From Balanoglossus misakiensis (lineage: Eukaryota > Animalia > Hemichordata), in contig CM082596.2 in NCBI GenBank assembly GCA_040954595.2, positions 5,778,791 to 5,842,790 of the forward strand: a stretch of DNA of 64,000 nt. The letters run 5' to 3'. Of this stretch, positions 13,761 to 23,053 are shown piece by piece (position 1 is the stretch's first letter; each line of letters opens with the position of its first letter). Made by a program: the position numbers and the translations under genes. The notes under the pieces are model-generated. The model searched no databases. It was not told the origin of the DNA and saw nothing but the letters and a program-made list of their open reading frames with translations.

Positions 13761-14219
13761 AAAAAAACGAAAAGTCGCACAATATTTTCGTATTTTGGAA
13801 TTGAAAATGTACAGTTCGCAACAAAAGATGCGTTTCCGCGATCCTTGATTTTAAATTGTCGTGTCTCCGCGATCACCGTTGACGTGAATTAGTGTATTTC
13901 ATCGATCTGTTCAAAGTGTAGACACTTCGTCCCCTCCATCGTTTTTTTTTTACAAAAGTTAGATTTATCGTGAGAATTAATGCATGATTAAATTCCAAGT
14001 GTCGGGTTGTTGTTTTTTGAAATCGGAGAGAGGTATTTGTCGCTTGTAATTTGTTATTAATTCTGCCAATTGTATTTTTTGCTGTCTGCTGTTAAGTTGT
14101 ATATTAAGTGTATATTTTTACCGCTTCTGTGTCATGTACATTTAAATCCTGATTTAATTAAATAAAGAATGAAATGCATGTAATAATAAGTTTTGCAGCG
14201 GAAGTTATTGATCGAAATT

Positions 14220-14275
14220 AGGCTCGGTTTCATTATAGTTGGTATAACAATACTGACTATAATGAAACCGAGCCT
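14220..14275. repeat. Perfect 20-bp-stem hairpin, mirrored at 15781-15836
   Basis: AGGCTCGGTTTCATTATAGT-N16-ACTATAATGAAACCGAGCCT present in both inner arms. Confidence 0.9.
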
Positions 14276-14344
14276 TATTTATTTTTTTTTAAATTTCACG
14301 AGTCTGATCATAATATAATACTTTTGAAGTCTTGAAGTTCGTGA

Positions 14345-14416
14345 GTCACCGTGGCTCAGTGGTTAAGACGTTAGACTAACGATCGCAGGACTGGGGTTCG
14401 AATCCCCCTGCTGACT
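14345..14416 (+). ncRNA. tRNA-like Pol III unit A (AAC at anticodon position; imperfect cloverleaf)
   Basis: A box TGGCTCAGTGG, B box GGTTCGAATCC, acceptor GTCACCG/TGCTGAC, TTTT at ~14439; D and anticodon stems are mismatched. Confidence 0.7.
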
Positions 14417-14525
14417 CAACTTTCCCTGAAAAAAATATCTTTTAGCTTCCAAGTGTCTCAGTTTTCCAAGTCAACTAGGCAATCTGATGTATAAGTACAA
14501 GTTAAAAGTAAGCTTATCTCGAGGA

Positions 14526-14961
14526 AGCACCGTGGTCTAGTGGCATTGTCGCTGGGCTGATGACTGTATGGACAGTATTGGTGCGGGGTTCGAATCCCGC
14601 TGCTGACTCAACGCTCGGACAGGGGAACTATTGGCTTGCGTACCAGTGGCTGTGCGTAGACGGTGCTATTGGCTTGCTGTCAGTAGCTGTGCGTAGAGGG
14701 CGCTATTGGCTTGCTGTCAGTAGCTGTGCGTGGAGGAGCTATTGGCTTGCCTGTCAGTAGCTGCGCGGTATGGGCTTTCATAGAAGAGTATCGCTTGTAC
14801 GGGGATTGACGAGCCATCCCTGTGGTGTGCTTTGAATCCGTTCAGTAGGCCTTCTGTGGTAAGCCCAGCTCTACTATGCCTATCTATGTTTCCGGGCGAG
14901 AGTAAAAATAAATTAAATGAAAGAAAAAAATAAGCCCCTTCGGGGGTTGTTTAATTTTTTT
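14526..14961 (+). ncRNA. Putative ~430-nt tRNA-headed Pol III RNA (unit B, left)
   Basis: A box TGGTCTAGTGG, B box GGTTCGAATCC (head 14526-14608), four ~37-bp repeats, G-U-rich stem domain 14770-14867, A-rich tract, C(UUCG)G hairpin 14934-14947; first run of 4 or more T is T7 at 14955-14961. Confidence 0.55.
14628..14765 (+). repeat. ~37-bp tandem repeat x4; ~5 inverted copies at ~15255-15430
   Basis: CTATTGGCTTGCTGTCAGTAGCTGTGCGTAGA(C/G)GG(T/C)G; each unit contains ATTGG/CCAAT. Confidence 0.92.
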
Positions 14962-14978
14962 CCCAGCGGATCTAAAAA
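14955..14978. terminator. Adjacent Pol III-type oligo-T terminators for convergent units
   Basis: T7 on + (14955-14961) and T5 on - (14978-14974); each is the first T4+ downstream of its tRNA-like head. Confidence 0.5.
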
Positions 14979-15531
14979 TTTCTGGAAGTCTGGACTTAGT
15001 AATTTTTTTTTGCCCTTCTATTGGCTTGCGGTCAGAGGTCACGGGTATTCCCGTGACAAAGCTAGTCCCCAGAGGACATATTGTCTTGCGGGCAAATGGA
15101 TAACTACCCAGTTAGAGCTTATTAATGGTTAAGAAACCATTTGACATTTGAAAGTCAATAAGCTCATACTGGGCACTTAGCCATTGGCCCGCAAACCAAT
15201 ATCTCCTCTAGGCACTAGCTAATGGACCGCAAGCCAATAGCTCTTTTTTTTGGGCACAGCTACTGACAGCAAGCCAATAGCACCGTCTACGCACAGCTAC
15301 TGACAGCAAGCCAATAGCGCCCTCTACGCACAGCTAATGACAGCAAGCCAATAGCGCCCTCTACGCACAGCTAATGACAGCAAGCCAATAGCACCGTCTA
15401 CGCACAGCCACTGGCACGCAAGCCAATAGTTCCCCTGTCCGAGCGTTGAGTCAGCAGCGGGATTCGAACCCCGCACCAATACTGTCCATACAGTCATCAG
15501 CCCAGCGACAATGCCACTAGACCACGGTGCT
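14974..15531 (-). ncRNA. Putative ~555-nt tRNA-headed Pol III RNA (unit B, right) with a long branched hairpin
   Basis: Head 15531-15449 mirrors 14526-14608; then 37-bp repeats, ~220-nt imperfect hairpin 15240-15018, A9 tract, and first T4+ on this strand at 14978-14974. Confidence 0.55.
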
Positions 15532-15640
15532 TCCTCGAGATCTACTTACTTTTAACTTGTACTTATACATCAGATTGCCTAGTTGACTTGGAAAACTGAG
15601 ACACTTGGAAGCTAAAAGATATTTTTTTCAGGGAAAGTTG

Positions 15641-15712
15641 AGTCAGCAGGGGGATTCGAACCCCAGTCCTGCGATCGTTAGTCTAACGTCTTAACCACTG
15701 AGCCACGGTGAC
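15641..15712 (-). ncRNA. tRNA-like Pol III unit A, mirror copy
   Basis: Reverse complement of 14345-14416. Confidence 0.7.
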
Positions 15713-16364
15713 TCACGAACTTCAAGACTCCAAAAGTATTATATGATGATCAGACTCGTGAAATTTAAAAAAAATTAATAAGGCTCGGTTTCATTATAGT
15801 CAGTATTGTTATACTAACTATAATGAAACCGAGCCTAATTTCGATCAATAACCCTCGCTGCACAACTATTATTATTACATGTATTTCATTCTTTATTTAA
15901 TTAAATCAGGATTTAAATGTACATGACACAGAACCGGTAAAAATATACACTTATATCACGGTTACTAGAAGAAGTCTAGAAGACAACGACAACATTCTAA
16001 AAAACAATATTCAAATGAAAAACACTCAGTCAGAATAGAGCGAAAATAAATACAATGTGATTTACGCCACTTTAAGGACTACTTTCACCAAAGTAGGAGA
16101 GCGTTTTTGTCAGGTAGAAATTTTGGCGACCGGGGGTTTAAACACCCACATCGCAGCCCAAAGTAAAAAAAACATTAAGATTTTTATCCCACATCGATCT
16201 TTTTTGACGTCGCCCATCATAAAATGTCCAAATAACCGAAAATTCACGTCAACGGTGATCGCGGAGACACGAGAATATTTGCTGCAAAGCGTATTTTTCA
16301 ATTAAAATGCTCCGACAATTTAAAATAAAGGATCGCGGAAACGCATCTTTTGTTGCGAACTGTA

Positions 16365-19300
16365 GAGCTATAATCAATGAATATGACATGAAAATGATGA
16401 AGGTGACCAAAATTCACAAAGTCAAGAAGGTGACCAAAATTCACAAAGTCAAGAATTAGTCATTATTTGAGCATGTATGAGCTATGATCCGTGAATATGA
16501 CATGAAAATGCTGAAGATGACCAAAATTCACAAAGTCAAGAATTGGTCACTATTTGAGCATGTATGAGCTATAAACCCTGCATATGACATGAAAATGCTG
16601 AAGATGACCAAAATTCACAAAGTCAAGAATTGGTCACTATTTGAGCATGTATGAGCTATAAACCCTGCATATGACATGAAAATGATGAAGATGACCAAAA
16701 TTCACAAAGTCAAGAATTGGTCATTATTTGAGCATGTATGAGCTATAATCCCTGCATATGACATGAAAATGATGAAGATGACCAAAATTCACAAAGTCAA
16801 GAATTGGTCATTATTTGAGCATGTATGAGCTATAAACCCTGCATATGACATGAAAATGATGAAGATGACCAAAATCCACAAAGTCAAGAATTGGTCATTA
16901 TTTGAGTGTGTATGAGCTAGAATCCAAGAATATGACATGAAAATGATGAAGGTGACGAAAATTCACAAAGTCAAGAAGGTGACCAAAATTCACAAAGTCA
17001 AGAATTGGTCATTATTTGAGCATGTATGAGCTATAAACCCTGCATATGACATGAAAATGATGAAGATGACCAAAATTCACAAAGTCAAGAATTGGTCATT
17101 ATTTGAGTGTGTATGAGCTAGAATCCAAGAATATGACATGAAAATGATGAAGGTGACGAAAATTCACAAAGTCAAGAAGGTGACCAAAATTCACAAAGTC
17201 AAGAATTGGTCATTATTTGAGCATGTATGAGCTATAATCCCTGCATATGACATGAAAATGATGAAGGTGACCAAAATTCACAAAGTCAAGAATTGGTCAT
17301 TATTTGAGCATGTATGAGCTATAATCCCTGCATATGACATGAAAATAATGAAGGTGACCAAAATTCACAAACTCAAGAATTGGTCATTATTTGAGCATGT
17401 ATGAGCTATAATCCCTGCATATGACATGAAAATGATGAAAGTGACGAAAATTCACAAAGTCGAGAATTGGTCATTATTTGAGCATGTATGAGCTATAATC
17501 AATGAATATGACATGAAAATGATGAAGGTGACCAAAATTCACAAAGTCAAGAAGGTGACCAAAATTCAGAAAGTCAAGAATTGGTCATTATTTGAGTGTG
17601 TATGAGCTATAATCCCTGCATATGACATGAAAATGATGAAGGTAACCAAAATTCACAAAGTCAAGAATTGGTCATTATTTGAGCATGTATGAGCTATAAT
17701 CAATGAATATGACATGAAAATGATGAAGGCGACCAAAATTCACAAAGTCAAGAATTGGTCATTATTTGAGCATGTATGAGCTATAATCAATGAATATGAC
17801 ATGAAAATGCTGAAGGTGACCAAAATTCACAAAGTCAGGAATTGGTCATTATTTGAGCACGTATGAGCTATAATCCCTGCATATGACATGAAAATGCTGA
17901 AGATGACCAAAATTCACAAAGTCAAGAATTGGTCATTATTTGAGCATGTATGAGCTATAATCCCTGCATATGACATGAAAATGCTGAAGGTGACCAAAAT
18001 TCACAAAGTCAAGAATTGGTCATTATTTGAGTGTGTATGAGCTATAATCCCTGCATATGACATGAAAATGATGAAGGTAACCAAAATTCACAAAGTCAAG
18101 AATTGGTCATTATTTGAGCATGTATGAGCTATAATCCCTGCATATGACATGAAAATGATGAAGGTAACCAAAATTCACAAAGTCAAGAATTGGTCATTAT
18201 TTGAGCATGTATGAGCTATAATCAATGAATATGACATGAAAATGCTGAAGGTGACCAAAATTCACAAAGTCAGGAATTGGTCATTATTTTAGCATGTATG
18301 AGCTATAATCCCTGCATATGACATGAAAATGCTGAAGGTGACCAAAATTCACAAAGTCAAGAATTGGTCATTATTTGAGCATGTATGAGCTATAATCCCT
18401 GCATATGACATGAAAATGATAAAGATGACCAAAATTCACAAAGTCAAGAATTGGTCATTATTTGAGCGTGTATGAGCAATAATCCATGAATATGACAAGA
18501 AAATGCTGAAGGTGACCAAAATTCACAAAGTCAAGAATTGGTCATTTTTTGAGCGTGTATGAGCTATAATCCATGAATATGACATGAAAATGATGAAGGT
18601 GACCAAAATTCACAAAGTCCAGAATTGGTCATTTTTTGAGCGTGTATGAGCTATAATCAATGAATATGACATGAAAATGATGAAGGTGACCAAAATTCAC
18701 AAAGTCAAGAAGGTGACCAAAATTCACAAAGTCAAGAATTGGTCATTATTTGAGCATGTATGAGCTATAATCCCTGCATATGACATGAAAATGCTGAAGG
18801 TGACCAAAATTCACAAAGTCAAGAATTGGTCATTATTTGAGTGTGTATGAGCTATAATCCCTGCATATGACATGAAAATGATGAAGGTAACCAAAATTCA
18901 CAAAGTCAAGAATTGGTCATTATTTGAGCATGTATGAGCTATAATCCCTGCATATGACATGAAAATGATGAAGGTAACCAAAATTCACAAAGTCAAGAAT
19001 TGGTCATTATTTGAGCATGTATGAGCTATAATCAATGAATATGACATGAAAATGCTGAAGGTGACCAAAATTCACAAAGTCAGGAATTGGTCATTATTTT
19101 AGCATGTATGAGCTATAATCCCTGCATATGACATGAAAATGCTGAAGGTGACCAAAATTCACAAAGTCAAGAATTGGTCATTATTTGAGCATGTATGAGC
19201 TATAATCCCTGCATATGACATGAAAATGCTGAAGGTGACCAAAATTCACAAAGTCAGGAATTGGTCATTATTTGAGCATGTATGAGCTATAATCCCTGCA

Positions 19301-20060
19301 TATGACATGAAAATGCTGAAGGTGACCAAAATTCACAAAGTCAGGAATTGGTCATTATTTGAGCATGTATGAGCTATAATCCCTGCATATGACATGAAAA
19401 TGCTGAAGGTGACCAAAATTCACAAAGTCAGGAATTGGTCATTATTTGAGCATGTATGAGCTATAATCCCTGCATATGACATGAAAATGCTGAAGGTGAC
19501 CAAAATTCACAAAGTCAAGAATTGGTCATTATTTGAGCATGTATGAGCTATAATCCCTGCATATGACATGAAAATGATAAAGATGACCAAAATTCACAAA
19601 GTCAAGAATTGGTCATTATTTGAGCGTGTATGAGCAATAATCCATGAATATGACAAGAAAATGCTGAAGGTGACCAAAATTCACAAAGTCAAGAATTGGT
19701 CATTTTTTGAGCGTGTATGAGCTATAATCCATGAATATGACATGAAAATGATGAAGGTGACCAAAATTCACAAAGTCCAGAATTGGTCATTTTTTGAGCG
19801 TGTATGAGCTATAATCAATGAATATGACATGAAAATGATGAAGGTGACCAAAATTCACAAAGTCAAGAAGGTGACCAAAATTCACAAAGTCAAGAATTGG
19901 TCATTATTTGAGCATGTATGAGCTATAATCCTTGCATATGACATGAAAATGCTTAAGATGACCAAAATTCACAAAGTCAAGAATTGGTCATTATTTCAGC
20001 GTGTACAAGGTAGAATCAATGCACATAACATGAAAATGCTGAAGGTGACCAAAATTCCTA
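16365..20060 (-). repeat. 87-bp tandem array, ~42 copies, inverted relative to 10820-13165; degenerate copies at ~20575-20750
   Basis: Reverse complement of the same unit, with occasional 26-bp partial duplications (AAGAAGGTGACCAAAATTCACAAAGT). Confidence 0.97.
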
Positions 20061-21579
20061 TCAAGGAGTAGTCAGAATGAATGATCAACAAACAAATGTT
20101 AATCCACAATTCATGGCAGCGCGAGTGACTGAACTAACTTGCTAAGGTTAAATTTTCTCTGTGAAATTTAGGAAATTTTCCAGGGGTACATTTCTCCATC
20201 TACTTATAACACATCGCACAAATTTACGTGAATGTTCTTTGAGTAAAATTTACAACAACAAAATTCTACAAAGACAAACTTGGTTTCAACTGCCATCCTC
20301 TTTTGGTCTTCTTGAACCAACTTGTCCAAATCATCTCTGCTGGCATTTTCTGTCTCTTCACGTTTGGAGATCTGACCTGAAGGTTCAAAATCAAATACCA
20401 GGTGTCAGTGTGCTTGATTTGTGTGATTGAGAAACAAAAATGACAAAAACATACTCTGCAATATGTTTTCAGGTAACAGACTGCAAGAAACCCCTGGAAC
20501 TTGATGTTAGGTACCCATTGGGGAATTTCAATATAGATGTTTAAATGAATTACACCATTGCACTATACATTGAACCTTTTTGAGAGCGTGTATAATTCAC
20601 AAAGTCACAAATTGGTCATTTTGGAGTGTGTATGAGTTAAAATCTATGCACATGACATGAAAATGCTGAACATGACCAAAATTCACAAAGTCAAGAATTG
20701 GTCATTTTTTGAACGTGTATGAATATCCATGCATATGGCACGAAAATGCCTAATAAATAAAGCATTAGATGCATACAGGGGTATTACATGTATGGCTGAC
20801 AAGATCTTGTTTATTGCTAGACATGTGCGAGATTATCTTTTGAGGTGCAACAGTTGTCTATTAAATGACGTGCGAGTGGACCATTTTTGATTGATTTATA
20901 ATTGGTTACACAAATGACCGACACATTCAATTACTTTGTAAAATATTTTGATATGTATATAAATATGAATGGGGGCTAAAGAAAAAAATTGTAAATTCTT
21001 AGGGGGCCATCAATTTTTGTCATAACGTTTTAGGAGGGGGGCACGGAAAAAATCCTCCAGCACCCACCCACCCCTGGAAGTATTTTCTGAACACTCCCTA
21101 TACAAGTTTGGCAGTGTTTTTTTGTTGTTTTGACAAATTATTTACACATAGTGACTATATTGTTTTTCAACATCAAATAAATTTGACAAGTTTCACAGTT
21201 TGGGTATATCATTTTCAGTATTTTGATTGTAAATTGAACATGAAGCGGGATATTTCATCTCAGCAGAAGTTATTATTGACAAAACAACAAAAACTCTCCA
21301 AGAAAAATTACATACATGTATTTTGTAAACATTTACTGAGCAATAAAATCATTTCAGTGAAACAGCTGTCATGTGCACTGAAATACACTGTGCACACCAT
21401 GGGCATTTACGCATTATATTCTTCCTATCAATTTAACCGGCCTATAACTTATCTATTATTATACTAGGAACAAAATAACCCACTTTTGGGGTGTTCTCCG
21501 TAGACTTTGCGTTGTTTTTACCCCCGCATTTGCGAGCAAACATACTCAAACTGGACTAGAACTTTCACTTGGCCCTGCG

Positions 21580-21669
21580 TGCAGGTCTGTGTGTGCTCCC
21601 GGCGTTACGCGTGTAACACCGGTAGCACATTACACGCGTAACACCGGTAGCCCAGTGCACAGACCTGCA
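21580..21669. repeat. Short imperfect palindrome, probable MITE remnant
   Basis: TGCAGGTCTGTG...GTTACGCGTGTAA...TTACACGCGTAAC...CACAGACCTGCA. Confidence 0.55.
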
Positions 21670-22715
21670 GTCTTCTGCAACAGTCGGCACATTTCAATCG
21701 AAATTGCCAGGGCGACCACACATACGTTCACCATATAGCATGACCTGAACAAAAGTTATCCGAAATGAGTTTTTAGAGAATAACTTACTTTTAGTTGGTT
21801 GTCTTGTTGTTGCTGCTTTTTTCCGGTTCTAGTCGCAGAGGTCATGAACTCATACAGGATACATGGACGCGGAGCGTAGATGGCGCTTTACAGAAAACTT
21901 TCGCCTTTTAAAGTGACCTGGCTGTAAAGAAAATAAAAATAGGCAACATCTTTAACCCAGCATCAAGTTGATAATGGAATTTTAGTATGTTTTGAGATTG
22001 TTTCTTTATGCCCAGTACAAACACAGGGACACTTTTCCTTGTTTGTTCATGAGTTTGTTATGATTTTTAATAAAATAAATCAGTGCCCTTGTCTGAGTTG
22101 GTGACAAAAGTCATTCGAGAACAGAATAACAAAAGATTGAAGATCTTTCCACTGGTGTAAGGACACTTTGGTGCATAAACTTGTGATTGAACGTCAAGAA
22201 CCATGTGAATGCTACTGTATTATGATAATATAAATGGAAGGTAATACCATTTGAAGTAGAGGGGTGTGCCTGTTCAGAACAGGTGGTCACCGTATGAGAT
22301 GTGCCGAACCCCGGGATTTTCTTTCTGTGGGCATTCACGATACTGGCTTACTTTGATGTTTATGTTTTCTCGTGTCATCTTAGGTAGAGTCCATCAAATT
22401 GTCCAAATTCAGTTAAATGCTCACTGGGTTTGTCTGCGTGGAAACCCCACCGCGCCCAAAACCGTCCCTGCCCGCTGACAGTTATATTGTAATTGAAATA
22501 AACACCGTGTACATTGTAAACAAATTAGTGCGTGTTTACATACTCTAATTATCAATCTTAATCGGGATGAATATGAAAGGTCTGATTCCTATACCCTCCC
22601 CCCACATTATTATATATTTCTTTGGGTTGATATCTTCTGATGACGGTCATGGCCAACTTTGCGTCACCTGTCGTCTAAGCAATGGTTGTCATGTGATACC
22701 CACTGGCCGGCCAAG

Positions 22716-23053
22716 TTCCGGGAAATTTCAGAGTTTCCAAGAAGACAGTGTTTTCGCTTTTAAATAACTGTGACATCACAGATCGCGGAAAGGGGTTTTA
22801 TTTTGCCTGTCACATTTATACATCTGCTGAGCAGGGAGGCAAACCAGAGGTTGTAACGGCGAACTCTGAAGCGCTTCCTGTTTCATCGCTGGCCGGGATT
22901 CAGCAACGTGTAAGCTTCTCTCTCTGAGCTGCCGTCGTCGTCGCGATCGCCAGGAAACCAACCCGTGTTGCACGTGATCATGGCGAGTATTCAAAAGGTA
23001 GGACCCCAGGTGTAAATTATTCGGGAATTTTGCGCCGTCTGTGGGGGTTTCCC
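22716..23053 (+). promoter_or_regulatory. Innate-immune motif cluster at the SHFL 5' end (STAT, NF-kB, IRF, ATF/AP-1)
   Basis: TTCCGGGAA (GAS, 22716-22724) overlapping GGGAAATTTC (22720-22729); GTTTTCGCTTTT (IRF-E-like, 22750-22761); TGACATCA (22771-22778); GGGGTTTCCC (kB, 23044-23053, intron 1). Confidence 0.6.

Larger units (their letters stand above)
10410..20471. mobile_element. ~10-kb nested foldback (inverted-repeat) element of unknown class
   Basis: Outer arms ~10410-10880 and ~19990-20471 are diverged reverse complements (ORF track: near-identical peptide at 10499-10720(-) and 20161-20430(+)). Opposite-orientation 87-bp arrays follow, then inner IR pairs 13810-13890/16241-16364 and ~14105-14765/~15255-15955. 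No TSD or transposase seen; mobility is inferred. Confidence 0.6.

Noticed and set aside
14557-14580. Hammerhead ribozyme (CTGATGA followed by a small stem)
   Set aside because: The required GAAA after stem II is absent (TATT follows), and no stems I/III were found.
14345-14608. Functional tRNA-Val(AAC) and tRNA-Ile(GAT) genes
   Set aside because: D, anticodon and (second unit) acceptor stems do not pair properly; reported as tRNA-like only.
14931-14961. Bacterial rho-independent terminator or contamination
   Set aside because: No bacterial genes nearby; it sits downstream of eukaryotic Pol III A/B boxes.
10820-20060. 87-bp and 37-bp arrays as CRISPR-like arrays
   Set aside because: Units are contiguous with no unique spacers, there are no cas genes, and the context is eukaryotic.
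10410-20471. Palindrome as a fold-back read or assembly artefact
   Set aside because: Arms differ by many substitutions, indels, array variants and unique spacers, whereas an artefact would be a near-exact mirror. Not formally excluded without reads.
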